Assembly (NCBI RefSeq): GCF_964204645.1
Contig: NC_134027.1
Coordinates: 12,742,485 to 12,806,484, forward strand
Length of the DNA stretch: 64,000 bases
Reading direction: 5' to 3'
Source of the DNA: Tubulanus polymorphus
Lineage: Eukaryota > Animalia > Nemertea
The notes under the pieces are model-generated. The model had not been told where the DNA came from and searched no databases. It was given only the letters and a program-made list of their open reading frames with translations. Position 1 is the stretch's first letter. Each line of letters starts with the position of its first letter. The position numbers were made by a program, and so were the translations under genes. Positions 47,318 through 62,200 of this stretch are shown piece by piece.

Positions 47318-50161
47318 AAAATAATTGTCGCGGGCGACAAAACCAAAATATTGAATTATCGCGGGCGACAAAACCAAACTAATGTATTGTCGCGGGCGAC
47401 AAAACCAAACTAATGAATTGTCGCGGGCGATAAAACCAAACTAATGAATTGTCGCGGGCGATAAAACAAAAATATTGAATTGTTGCGGGCGATAAAACCA
47501 AAATAATGAATTGTCTCGGGCGACAAAAACAAAATATTGAATCGTCGCGGGCGACAAAATCAAAATAATGAATTGTCGCGGGCGACAAAACCAAAATAAT
47601 GAATTGTCGCGGGCGATAAAACCAAAATATTGTCGCGGGCGACAAATCCAAAAAATGAATTGTCGCGGCAGAAAAACCAAATTCTTGAATTGTCGCGGGC
47701 GACAAAACCAAACTAATGAATTGTTGAGGGCGATAAAACAAAAATAATGAATTGTCGCGGGCGATAAAACCGCGACAAAAAAAAATTGTCGCGGGCGATA
47801 AAACCAAATTAATGAATTGTCGCGGGCGATAAAACCAAAATAATGAATTGTCGCGGGCGATAAAAACCAAAATATTGAATTGTCATGGGCGACAAAACCA
47901 AAATTATTGTTTTGTCGCGGGTGACAAAACCAAATTAATGAATTGTCGCGGGCGATAAAACCAAAATAATGAATTGTCGCGGGCGATAAAAACCAAAATA
48001 TTGAATTGTCACGGGCGACAAAACCAAAATATTGATTTGTCGCGGGTGACAAAACCAAATTAATGAATTGTCGCGGGCGATAAAACCAAAATAATGAATT
48101 GTCGCGGGTGACAAAACCAAAATTATTGTTTTGTCACGTTATTTTAGTTTTGTCATAATGTCGCCCTCATTTGCATATACGTGTTTTTTTACGCATGGCC
48201 CTTATCAGCCACCACACTAAAGCCTTAAGGTCGCGTAAAATTCGATAAACACTTCAAGCGACACAGCGAACGATCTCCATTCCCCCACAGCGAACGCTTA
48301 ACCTAGTAGAGGCTACTAGCCTATGTAGGCCTATGTATATGTGTAGGCCTAACATCCGGACAGATTGGTCGTAGGCCTATTGAATTTAACAACCCACCTA
48401 AATATCGTAAATTTTTGTTTTGAAGTTCAATCCAATGAGTCCGTTAATAAACGCAACAATTGTACTGTGTTTGTTTGATACAGTAAAGCTCAGTACCGGT
48501 AGGCCTAAAGCCGCGTCAAACCCGATAAACACTTCAAGCGACACAGCGAACGATCCCTTTCCCCCACAGCGAACGCTTACTCCGAATGCCAAGTGTGAGT
48601 CCAGCATACGGATAGGAGTGTGTTATATACTTGTATTTAGTAAATACCTTGTGCATTTGACAATGATCGGTATGTACTGTAGGAAATATAGAGTATTGAT
48701 GGTATTGATATCGAGGTTAAAGCCCGCGGCCGAATAAAGTAATATATTCTTTTATTTTGATACCTCGTCGACATAACAGCTTTTCTCCGCTATATCTCTT
48801 CGGCGTGTTTAGTTTAGGCCTACGATTCCCCGGTACACTAAAGATTTATCTTAGTAAATACACAGTTAATTCGGTAAAGAAAAATAGGTATTGTTATACT
48901 AACTCCTTGAAACCCGCAGCCAAATCACTGGTAGTAATAAATTAATTTGTACTCGATTTGATTCTCATGATGAGGAGAAACTCGCAGCTGATCCCCGGAA
49001 CGACGATGTAGTAACAAACGTCGATTCGTCGATGTTTACGGCTCGACAGTGCTTTTAAAATCTAAAGTAGTTAATTTCCAGTGTATCGGTAATATGATTT
49101 GATGAGGAAAATGGGCTATTGTTAAAATCACTGTTTGAAGACCGCGACTGAATGTGAAGTCTGCGGCAATAAATTAGTTCATTTATACTTGAATTGATAA
49201 TCGAAGTGACAGTCGGCCAGCGGGTTGATTTCGGGATGACGACTCGAAAAACATGTCGCCCCATTGAATGGGGCTAAATTTTCGATGTTTACGGCCCGAC
49301 AGCGCTTTTGTAACGATAATTCGTGAAAAAACACGCGGGCTATTTGTAGATCTCAGTGAGCTGAACGATATTATATGGATTGTATATGAAACAGCGGTAA
49401 GGCAACAAAGCCTATGTTCTTTTGGTAAAAATAGTGTGGAAGAAAATAATAATAATAATAATAATCACGCGGATATCAATAGGGTTTTCTGTGAAATAAC
49501 AGAAAACGCTAAATATAGCTGCAAAGCAGCGATAACGGGTTTTCTGCACAGTCTTAGAATCCTGTTCAACGGTGGATTTCAACAAAGCATTTGATAAGGC
49601 TCAACATCAGCCATTACTAAACAGGCTATTAGGAAACAGTATCAATGATAGGTCGCCCAAATGGCTCAGCAGTTATCTCTGAACGGAAACTTGTAACCGA
49701 AATCAACGGAACGCCTCATCTTGGAATGAGACGGTCTAACTAGTGGAGTCACGCAAGGTAGTATCCTAAGTCGTATTCTGTTTAATGTCCTGACAAATGA
49801 CATACACAGTAATCCAAAATATACCAGACCGAGTTAATTTCCAAAACGACCTTAACACACTGTTCGACCAAAAAACTTAATGTTCCGACAAAACCACGGG
49901 TGACAAAACCAAAATAATGAATTGTCGCGGGTGACAAAACCAAAATATTGAATTGTCACGGGCGACAAAACAAAAATAATGAATTGTCGCGGGCGATAAA
50001 ACCAAAATAATGAATTGTCGGGGGCGATAAAACCAAAATATTGAATTTTCGCGGGCGATAAAACCAAAATAATGAATTGTCGCGGACGACAAAAACAAAA
50101 TATTGAATTGTTGCGTGCGACAAAACCAAAATAATGAATTGTCGCGGGCGACAAAACCAAA

Positions 50162-51405
50162 CTAGGGGTCCAGGGACACCATGCTCACTTGGGAAGTGGT
50201 TTCAAATGCTCAACAATCTAACAATTTCAATACATAACGCCCTCTAGTGACCATATACAAAAACCAATGACCTTGAAACCCACCACAATCATAGAACATG
50301 TGAGCAGCTATGATTTTGTAATCGATTGTGATAACAAAATATGCCTCGTTACCAATTTAATATGGAAATACTAAGTTATTCTACTATTCAACGCCCCCTG
50401 GTGACCATATGCAAAACCCAATGACCTTAAAACTCACCCCAATCGTATTACATGTCATAAAATACAACTTTGCAATTGATCATAGTAACAAAATATGTCT
50501 AGGTACCAATCTAATAAGGAAATACTAAGCCATTCTACTATTCAACGCCCCCTGGTGACTATATGGAATAACTAATGTCCTTAAAAACTCACCAAAATCA
50601 TAGACGATGTCATGAACTACAACTTTGCAATTGATCATGGTAACAAAATATGCCTTGGTACAAATATAGCAATACTAAGTTATTGTATTATTCAACGCCC
50701 CCTGATGGCCACATACAAAAACCAATGACCTTGAAACTCACCAAAATCATAGAACACGTTATGGGCTACAACTTTCCAATTGAATATAGTAACACAATAT
50801 GCTTAGGTATCAATTTAATGTGGAAAAACTTTTTCCCACCTACGAATGAGTACTGATGACACCAAGATGGCCGCCAATTGCGTCATAATTGGCTAATCAA
50901 AGATACCTGTCCCAGGTATAAAACATCCCTCTCTAAAGAATACCCATCAGCAATTGCAATGAGAAATGGCAAACCAGTAGGAAGCTACGTGACCTAGAAT
51001 TCTGGCCAAAATTGACATTTTTGGGCACTAAAAAGGTCATAGGACGGCCATCTTGAGTCAGATCGACCCAATTTTCTTATGCTGATGGGCCTTTGGTAGA
51101 TTCAAATAGAAACGAAAGATCAAGGTAATTGATCAAAGCGTCTTCAAAATTTCCCACGAAAATGTTTAAAAAGTGCTGATTTTGGCAAACAACAATGGCT
51201 GCCAGTCGGCCATCTTGAATCTGACAGGGCCAGTTTTTGGGCTGACGATGTGTCTAGGGTAGATACATGTATAAACCAAATATCAAGACATTACCTTGAA
51301 GCGTCTTCAAAACTTCCCAAAACAACTGGATTCCGTCTATGAACGGACGGACGGACGAAAAGTGAACGCAATAGCCCGCTGGGACTAAAGTCCCAAGTGG
51401 GCTGA
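50162..51405 (-). mobile_element. Complete HINE copy
   Basis: Same structure and flanks as 46111-47317. Confidence 0.85.
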
Positions 51406-53536
51406 AAAATAATTGTCGCGGGCGACAAAACCAAAATATTGAATTATCGCGGGCGACAAAACCAAACTAATGAATTGTCGCGGGCGATAAAACCAAACTA
51501 ATGAATTGTCGCGGGCGATAAAACCAAAGTAATGAATTGTCGTGGGCGATAAAACCAAAATATTGTATTGTCGCGGGCGACAAAACCAAAATATTGAATT
51601 GTCGCGGGCAACAAAACCAAAATAATAAATAATCGCGGGCGATAAAACCAAAAAAAGAAAATTGTCGCGGGCGACAAAAACAAAATATGAAACCAAAATA
51701 ATGAATTGTCGCGGGCGACAAAACCAAAATAATGAATTGTCGCGGGCGATAAAACCAAACTAATGAATTGTCGCGGGCGATGAAACCAAAATAATGAATT
51801 GTCTCGGGCGACAAAAACAAGATATTGAATCGTCGCGGGCGACAAAATCAAAATAATGAATTGTCGCGGGCGACAAAACCAAAATAATGAATTGACGCGG
51901 GCGATAAAACCAAAATAATAAATGGTCTCGGGCGACAAAACCAAAATAATGAATTGTCGCGGCGATAAAAACAAAATATTGAATTGTCGCGGGCGATAAA
52001 ACCATAATAATGATTTATCGCGGGCGATAAAACCAAAATATTGAATTGTCGCGGGCGATAAAACCAAAATAATGAATTGTCGCGGGCGACAAAACCAAAA
52101 TATTGAATTGTCGCGGAATGATGCAATCGTGAGTTGAAATAATACCTGAACAAATCGATGCACAGACATTTACTTTATATATCTACTTGAACAATCGAGC
52201 CTACTCAGTAATATACTCAGTTTTTACGAAACCTGGAGTTTTTGTTTCAGAGAAATTTGAGTATCAGTATCCGATGCTATATACTAACGTTAACGTTAGT
52301 TATCATCGCTCCGTCATGCTAAGTTATACATTTCCTGTAAACCAGTATCTACAGGCAGCTGTACAGTGTGTACACACTATATCTGAATACGAGGCTGGAA
52401 AAACAGGCTCACTTCACGTAGGTTCATGATGAGGAGAAACTCGCAGCTGATCCCCGGAACGACGATGTAGTAACACACGTCGATTCGTCGATGTTTACGG
52501 CTCGACAGTGCTTTTAAAATCTAAAGTAGTAAATTTCCAGTGTATCGGTAATATGATTTGATGAGGAAAATGGGCTATTGTTAAAATCACTGTTTGAAGA
52601 CCGCGACTGAATGTGAAGTCTGCGGCAATAAATTAGTTCATTTATACTTGCATTGATAATCGAAGTGACAGTCGGCCTGCGGGTTGATTTCGGGATGACG
52701 ACTCGAAAAACATGTCGCCCCATTGAATGGGGCTAAATTTTCGATGTTTACGGCCCGACAGCGCTTTTGTAACGATGATTCGTGAAAAAACACGCGGGCT
52801 CTTTGTAGATCTCAGTGAGCTGAACGATATTATATGGATTGTATATGAAACAGCGGTAAGGTAACAAAGCCTATGTTCTTTTGGTAAAAATAGTGTGGAA
52901 GAAAATAATAATAATAAATATAGCTGCAAAGCAGCGATAACGGGTTTTCTGCACAGTCTTAGAATCCTGTTCAACGGTGGATTTCAACAAAGCATTTGAT
53001 AAGGCTCAACATCAGCCATTACTAACCAGGCTATTAGGAAACAGTATCAATGATAGGTCGCCCAAATGGCTCAGCAGTTATCTCTGAACGGAAACTTGTA
53101 ACCGAAATCAACGGAACGCCTCATCTTGGAATGAGGCGGTCTAACTAGTGGAGTCACGCAAGGTAGTATCCTAAGTCGTCTTCTGTTTAATGTCCTGACA
53201 AATGACATACACAGTAATCCAAATTATACCAGACCGAGTAAATTTCCAAAACGACCTTAACACACTGTTCGACCAAAAAACTTAATGTTCCGACAAAACC
53301 ACGGGTGACAAAACCAAAATTATGAATTGTCGCTGGTGACAAAACCAAAATATTGAATTGTCACGGGCGACAAAACAAAAATAATGAATTGTCGCGGGCG
53401 ATAAAACCAAAATATTGAATTGTCGCGGATCGATAAAACCAAAATAATGAATTGTCGCGGACGACAAAAACAAAATATTGAATTGTTGCGTGCGACAAAA
53501 ACAAAATAATGAATTGTCGCGGGCGACAAAACCAAA

Positions 53537-54772
53537 CTAGGGGTCCAGGGACACCATGCTCACTTGGGAAGTGGTTTCAAATGCTCAACAATACATAACG
53601 CCCTCTAGTGACCATATACAAAAACCAATGACCTTGAAACCCACCACAATCATAGAACATGTGAGCAGCTATGATTTTGTAATCGATTGTGATAACAAAA
53701 TATGCCTCGTTACCAATTTAATATGGAAATACTGAGTTATTCTACTATTCAACGCCCCCTGGGGACCATATGCAAAACCCAATGACCTTAAAACTCACCC
53801 CAATCGTAGTACATGTCATGAAATACAACTTTGCAATTGATTATAGTAACAAAATATGCCTAGGTACCAATCTAATAAGGAAATACTAAGCCATTGTACT
53901 ATTCAACGACCCCTGGTGACTATATGGAATAAATAATGTCCTTAAAAACTCACCACAATCATAGACGATGTCATGAACTACAACTTCGCAATTGATCATG
54001 GTAACAAAATATGCCTTGGTACAAATATAGCAATACTAAGTTATTGTATTATTCAACGCCCCCTGATGGCCACATACAAAAACCAATGACCTTGAAACTC
54101 ACCAAAATCATAGAACACGTTATGGGCTACAACTTTCCAATTGAATATAGTAACACAATATGCTTAGGTATCGATTTAATGTGGAAAAACTTTTTCCCAC
54201 CTACGAATGAGTACTGATGACACCAAGATGGCCGCCAATTGCGTCATAATTGGCTGATCAAAAATACCTATCCCAGGTATAAAACATCCCTCTCTAAAGA
54301 ATACTCAGCAATTGCAATGAGAAATGCCAAACCAGTAGGAAGCTACGTGACCTAGAATTCTGGCCAAAATTGACATTTTTGGGCACTAAAAAGGTCATAG
54401 GACGGCCATCTTGAGTCAGATCGACCCAATTTTCTCATGCTGATGGGCCTTTGGTAGATTCAAATATAAACGAAAGATCAAGGTAATTGATGAAAGCGTC
54501 TTCAAAATTTCCCACGAAAACTTCGAAAATGTTTAAAAAGTGCTGATTTTGGCAAACAACAACGGCTGCCAGTCGGCCATCTTGAATCTGACAGGGCCAG
54601 TTTTTGGGCTGACGATGTGTCTAGGGGAGATACATGTATAAACCAAATATCAAGACATTACCTTGAAGCGTCTTCAAAACTTCCCAAAATAACTGGATTC
54701 CATCTATGGACGGACGGACGGACGAAAAGTGAACGCAATAGCCCGCTGGGACTAAAGTCCCACGTGGACAGA
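53537..54772 (-). mobile_element. Complete HINE copy
   Basis: Same structure; mutated subTIR CCCACGTGGACAG. Confidence 0.83.
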
Positions 54773-56455
54773 AAAATAATTGTCGCGGGCGACAAAACCA
54801 AACTAATGAATTGTCGCGAGTGATAAAACCAAAATATTGAATTGTCGCGGGCGACAAAACCAAACTAATGAATTGTCGCGGCGATAAAAACAAAATATTG
54901 AATTGTCGCGGGCGATAAAACCATAATAATGATTTATCGCGGGCGATAAAACCAAAATATTGAATTGTCGCGGGCGATAAAACCAAAATAATGAATTGTC
55001 GCGGGCGACAAAACCAAAATATTGAATTGTCGCGGAATGATGCAATCGTGAGTTGAAATAATACCTGAACAAATCGATGCACAGACATTTACTTTATATA
55101 TCTACTTGAACAATCGAGCCTACTCAGTAATATACTCAGTTTTTACGAAACCTGGAGTTTTTGTTTCAGAGAAATTTGAGTATCAGTATCCGATGCTATA
55201 TACTAACGTTAACGTTAGTTATCATCGCTCCGTCATGCTAAGTTATACATTTCCTGTGAACCAGTATCTACAGGCAGCTGTACAGTGTGTACACACTATA
55301 TCTGAATACGAGGCTGGAAAAACAGGCTCACTTCACGTAGGTTCATGATGAGGAGAAACTCGCAGCTGATCCCCGGAACGACGATGTAGTAACACACGTC
55401 GATTCGTCGATGTTTACGGCTCGACAGTGCTTTTAAAATCTAAAGTAGTAAATTTCCAGTGTATCGGTAATATGATTTGATGAGGAAAATGGGCTATTGT
55501 TAAAATCACTGTTTGAAGACCGCGACTGAATGTGAAGTCTGCGGCAATAAATTAGTTCATTTATACTTGCATTGATAATCGAAGTGACAGTCGGCCTGCG
55601 GGTTGATTTCGGGATGACGACTCGAAAAACATGTCGCCCCATTGAATGGGGCTAAATTTTCGATGTTTACGGCCCGACAGCGCTTTTGTAACGATGATTC
55701 GTGAAAAAACACGCGGGCTCTTTGTAGATCTCAGTGAGCTGAACGATATTATATGGATTGTATATGAAACAGCGGTAAGGTAACAAAGCCTATGTTCTTT
55801 TGGTAAAAATAGTGTGGAAGAAAATAATAATAATAAATATAGCTGCAAAGCAGCGATAACGGGTTTTCTGCACAGTCTTAGAATCCTATTCAACGGTGGA
55901 TTTCAACAAAGCATTTGATAAGGCTCAACATCAGCCATTACTAAACAGGCTATTAGGAAACAGTATCAATGATAGGTCGCCCAAATGGCTCAGCAGTTAT
56001 CTCTGAACGGAAACTTGTAACCGAAATCAACGGAACGCCTCATCTTGGAATGAGGCGGTCTAACTAGTGGAGTCACGCAAGGTAGTATCCTAAGTCGTCT
56101 TCTGTTTAATGTCCTGACAAATGACATACACAGTAATCCAAATTATACCAGACCGAGTAAATTTCCAAAACGACCTTAACACACTGTTCGACCAAAAAAC
56201 TTAATGTTCCGACAAAACCACGGGTGACAAAACCAAAATTATGAATTGTCGCTGGTGACAAAACCAAAATATTGAATTGTCACGGGCGACAAAACAAAAA
56301 TAATGAATTGTCGCGGGCGATAAAACCAAAATATTGAATTGTCGCGGATCGATAAAACCAAAATAATGAATTGTCGCGGACGACAAAAACAAAATATTGA
56401 ATTGTTGCGTGCGACAAAAACAAAATAATGAATTGTCGCGGGCGACAAAACCAAA

Positions 56456-57691
56456 CTAGGGGTCCAGGGACACCATGCTCACTTGGGAAGTGGTTTCAAA
56501 TGCTCAACAATACATAACGCCCTCTAGTGACCATATACAAAAACCAATGACCTTGAAACCCACCACAATCATAGAACATGTGAGCAGCTATGATTTTGTA
56601 ATCGATTGTGATAACAAAATATGCCTCGTTACCAATTTAATATGGAAATACTGAGTTATTCTACTATTCAACGCCCCCTGGGGACCATATGCAAAACCCA
56701 ATGACCTTAAAACTCACCCCAATCGTAGTACATGTCATGAAATACAACTTTGCAATTGATTATAGTAACAAAATATGCCTAGGTATCAATCTGATAAGGA
56801 AATACTAAGCCTTTGTACTATTCAACGACCCCTGGTGACTATATGGAATAAATAATGTCCTTAAAAACTCACCACAATCATAGACGATGTCATGAACTAC
56901 AACTTCGCAATTGATCATGGTAACAAAATATGCCTTGGTACAAATATAGCAATACTAAGTTATTGTATTATTCAACGCCCCCTGATGGCCACATACAAAA
57001 ACCAATGACCTTGAAACTCACCAAAATCATAGAACACGTTATGGGCTACAACTTTCCAATTGAATATAGTAACACAATATGCTTAGGTATCGATTTAATG
57101 TGGAAAAACTTTTTCCCACCTACGAATGAGTACTGATGACACCAAGATGGCCGCCAATTGCGTCATAATTGGCTGATCAAAAATACCTATCCCAGGTATA
57201 AAACATCCCTCTCTAAAGAATACTCAGCAATTGCAATGAGAAATGCCAAACCAGTAGGAAGCTACGTGACCTAGAATTCTGGCCAAAATTGACATTTTTG
57301 GGCACTAAAAAGGTCATAGGACGGCCATCTTGAGTCAGATCGACCCAATTTTCTTATGCTGATGGGCCTTTGGTAGATTCAAATATAAACGAAAGATCAA
57401 GGTAATTGATGAAAGCGTCTTCAAAATTTCCCACGAAAACTTCGAAAATGTTTAAAAAGTGCTGATTTTGGCAAACAACAATGGCTGCCAGTCGGCCATC
57501 TTGAATCTGACAGGGCCAGTTTTTGGGCTGACGATGTGTCTAGGGGAGATACATGTATAAACCAAATATCAAGACATTACCTTGAAGCGTCTTCAAAACT
57601 TCCCAAAATAACTGGATTCCATCTATGGACGGACGGACGGACGAAAAGTGAACGCAATAGCCCGCTGGGACTAAAGTCCCACGTGGACAGA
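56456..57691 (-). mobile_element. Complete HINE copy
   Basis: Near-identical to 53537-54772. Confidence 0.83.
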
Positions 57692-57971
57692 AAAATAATT
57701 GTCGCGGGCGACAAAACCAAACTAATGAATTGTCGCGAGTGATAAAACCAAAATATTGAATTGTCGCGGGCGACAAAACCAAACTAATGAATTGTTGCGG
57801 GCGATAAAACAAAAACTAATGAATTGTCGCGGGCGATAAAACCAAAATATTGAATTGTCGCGGATCGATAAAACCAAAATAATGAATTGTCGCGGACGAC
57901 AAAAACAAAATATTGAATTGTTGCGTGCGACAAAACCAAAATAATGAATTGTCGCGGGCGACAAAACCAAA

Positions 57972-59207
57972 CTAGGGGTCCAGGGACACCATGCTCACTT
58001 GGGAAGTGGTTTCAAATGCTCAACAATACATAACGCCCTCTAGTGACCATATACAAAAACCAATGACCTTGAAACCCACCACAATCATAGAACATGTGAG
58101 CAGCTATGATTTTGTAATCGATTGTGATAACAAAATATGCCTCGTTACCAATTTAATATGGAAATACTGAGTTATTCTACTATTCAACGCCCCCTGGGGA
58201 CCATATGCAAAACCCAATGACCTTAAAACTCACCCCAATCGTAGTACATGTCATGAAATACAACTTTGCAATTGATTATAGTAACAAAATATGCCTAGGT
58301 ACCAATCTAATAAGGAAATACTAAGCCATTGTACTATTCAACGACCCCTGGTGACTATATGGAATAAATAATGTCCTTAAAAACTCACCACAATCATAGA
58401 CGATGTCATGAACTACAACTTCGCAATTGATCATGGTAACAAAATATGCCTTGGTACAAATATAGCAATACTAAGTTATTGTATTATTCAACGCCCCCTG
58501 ATGGCCACATACAAAAACCAATGACCTTGAAACTCACCAAAATCATAGAACACGTTATGGGCTACAACTTTCCAATTGAATATAGTAACACAATATGCTT
58601 AGGTATCGATTTAATGTGGAAAAACTTTTTCCCACCTACGAATGAGTACTGATGACACCAAGATGGCCGCCAATTGCGTCATAATTGGCTGATCAAAAAT
58701 ACCTATCCCAGGTATAAAACATCCCTCTCTAAAGAATACTCAGCAATTGCAATGAGAAATGCCAAACCAGTAGGAAGCTACGTGACCTAGAATTCTGGCC
58801 AAAATTGACATTTTTGGGCACTAAAAAGGTCATAGGACGGCCATCTTGAGTCAGATCGACCCAATTTTCTCATGCTGATGGGCCTTTGGTAGATTCAAAT
58901 ATAAACGCAAGATCAAGGTAATTGATGAAAGCGTCTTCAAAATTTCCCACGAAAACTTCGAAAATGTTTAAAAAGTGCTGATTTTGGCAAACAACAATGG
59001 CTGCCAGTCGGCCATCTTGAATCTGACAGGGCCAGTTTTTGGGCTGACGATGTGTCTAGGGGAGATACATGTATAAACCAAATATCAAGACATTACCTTG
59101 AAGCGTCTTCAAAACTTCCCAAAATAACTGAATTCCATCTATGGACGGACGGACGGACGAAGAGTGAACGCAATAGCCCGCTGGGACTAAAGTCCCACGT
59201 GGACAGA
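57972..59207 (-). mobile_element. Complete HINE copy
   Basis: Near-identical to 53537-54772. Confidence 0.83.
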
Positions 59208-62200
59208 AAAATAATTGTCGCGGGCGACAAAACCAAACTAATGAATTGTCGCGAGTGATAAAACCAAAATATTGAATTGTCGCGGGCGACAAAACCAAAC
59301 TAATGAATTGTCGCGGCGATAAAAACAAAATATTGAATTGTCGCGGGCGATAAAACCATAATAATGATTTATCGCGGGCGATAAAACCAAAATATTGAAT
59401 TGTCGCGGGCGATAAAACCAAAATAATGAATTGTCGCGGGCGACAAAACCAAAATATTGAATTGTCGCGGAATGATGCAATCGTGAGTTGAAATAATACC
59501 TGAACAAATCGATGCACAGACATTTACTTTATATATCTACTTGAACAATCGAGCCTACTCAGTAATATACTCAGTTTTTACGAAACCTGGAGTTTTTGTT
59601 TCAGAGAAATTTGAGTATCAGTATCCGATGCTATATACTAACGTTAACGTTAGTTATCATCGCTCCGTCATGCTAAGTTATACATTTCCTGTGAACCAGT
59701 ATCTACAGGCAGCTGTACAGTGTGTACACACTATATCTGAATACGAGGCTGGAAAAACAGGCTCACTTCACGTAGGTTCATGATGAGGAGAAACTCGCAG
59801 CTGATCCCCGGAACGACGATGTAGTAACACACGTCGATTCGTCGATGTTTACGGCTCGACAGTGCTTTTAAAATCTAAAGTAGTAAATTTCCAGTGTATC
59901 GGTAATATGATTTGATGAGGAAAATGGGCTATTGTTAAAATCACTGTTTGAAGACCGCGACTGAATGTGAAGTCTGCGGCAATAAATTAGTTCATTTATA
60001 CTTGCATTGATAATCGAAGTGACAGTCGGCCTGCGGGTTGATTTCGGGATGACGACTCGAAAAACATGTCGCCCCATTGAATGGGGCTAAATTTTCGATG
60101 TTTACGGCCCGACAGCGCTTTTGTAACGATGATTCGTGAAAAAACACGCGGGCTCTTTGTAGATCTCAGTGAGCTGAACGATATTATATGGATTGTATAT
60201 GAAACAGCGGTAAGGTAACAAAGCCTATGTTCTTTTGGTAAAAATAGTGTGGAAGAAAATAATAATAATAAATATAGCTGCAAAGCAGCGATAACGGGTT
60301 TTCTGCACAGTCTTAGAATCCTGTTCAACGGTGGATTTCAACAAAGCATTTGATAAGGCTCAACATCAGCCATTACTAAACAGGCTATTAGGAAACAGTA
60401 TCAATGATAGGTCGCCCAAATGGCTCAGCAGTTATCTCTGAACGGAAACTTGTAACCGAAATCAACGGAACGCCTCATCTTGGAATGAGGCGGTCTAACT
60501 AGTGGAGTCACGCAAGGTAGTATCCTAAGTCGTCTTCTGTTTAATGTCCTGACAAATGACATACACAGTAATCCAAATTATACCAGACCGAGTAAATTTC
60601 CAAAACGACCTTAACACACTGTTCGACCAAAAAACTTAATGTTCCGACAAAACCACGGGTGACAAAACCAAAATTATGAATTGTCGCTGGTGACAAAACC
60701 AAAATATTGAATTGTCACGGGCGACAAAACAAAAATAATGAATTGTCGCGGGCGATAAAACAAAAATAATTAATTGTCGCGGGCGACAAAACCAAAATAA
60801 TTAATTGTTGCGGGCGACAAAACCAAAATGTTGAATTGTCGCGGGCGACAAAACCAAAAAAAAAATTGGCGCGGGCGACAAAAACCAAATATAAAACCAA
60901 AATAATGAATTGTCGTGGGCGCTAAAACCAAAATATTGAATTGTCGCCGGCGATAAAACCAAAATAATGAAATGTCTCGGACGACAAAACCAAAATAATG
61001 AATTGTTGCGGGCGATAAAAACAAAATATTGAATTGTCGCGGGTGATAAAACCAAAATATTGAATTTTCGCGGGCGATAAAACCAAAATATTGAATTGTC
61101 GCGGGCGACAAAAAAAAATTGTCGCGGGCGACAAAACCAAAATAATGAATTGTCGCGGGCGATAAAACCAAAATGATGAATTTTCTCGGGTGACAAAACC
61201 AAAATAATGAATTGTCGCCGGCGATAAAACCATAATAATGAATTATCGCGGGCGATAAAACCAAAATATTGAATTGTTGCGGGCGATTAAATTAAAATAA
61301 TGAATTGTCGCGGGCAACAAAACAAAAAATATTGAATTGTCGCGGGCGACAAAACCCAAAAAAAAATTGTCGCGGGCGACTAAAACAAAATATAAAACCA
61401 AAATAATGAATTGTCGCGGGCGACAAAACCAAAAAGAAGAATTGTCGCGGGCGATAAAACCAAAATAATGAATTGTCGCAGGCGATAAAACCAAAATAAT
61501 GAATTGTCGCGGGTGACAAAACCAAAATAATGAATTGTTGCGGGCGACAAAACCAAAATAATGAATTGTTGCGGGCGACAAAACCAAAATGGTGAATTGT
61601 CGCGGGCGATAAAACCAAAATATTGAATTGCCGCGGGCGACAAAAAAAAAAAAATTGTCGCGGGCGACAAAAACAAAATATAAAACCAAAATAATGAATT
61701 GTCGCAGGCGACAAAACCAAAAAGAAGAATTGTCGCAGGCGACAAAACCAAAATAATGAATTGTCGCTGGCGATAAAACCAAAGTATTGAATTGTCGCGG
61801 GCGATAAAACCAAAATATTGAATTTTCGCGGGCGATAAAACCAAAATATTGAATTGTCGCGGGCGACAAAAAAAAATTGTCGCGGGCGACAAAACCAAAA
61901 TAATGAATTGTCGCGGGCGATAAAACCAAAATGATGAATTGTCTCGGGTGACAAAACCAAAATAATGAATTGTCGCCGGCGATAAAACCAAAATAATGAA
62001 TTATCGCGGGCGATAAAACCAAAATATTGAATTGTTGCGGGCGATTAAATTAAAATAATGAATTGTCGCGGGCAACAAAACAAAAAATATTGAATTGTCG
62101 CGGGCGACAAAACCCAAAAAAAAATTGTCGCGGGCGACTAAAACAAAATATAAAACCAAAATAATGAATTGTCACAATGAATTGTCGCGGGCGACAAAAC

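Larger units (their letters stand above)
52116..60650. repeat. Recent near-identical macro-repeat, 2919-bp period with one extra 1516-bp sub-duplication
   Basis: Identical ORF-track entries at 52187, 55106, 59541 (offsets 2919 and 4435) and at 54011, 56930, 58446 (offsets 2919 and 1516). Confidence 0.92.

Noticed and set aside
46599-59258. Repeated short ORFs in HINE and spacer modules (MPWYKYSN..., MGRHVFRV..., MNNRAYSV...)
   Set aside because: They recur only because the DNA is duplicated; no motifs, and sister copies carry stops or indels.
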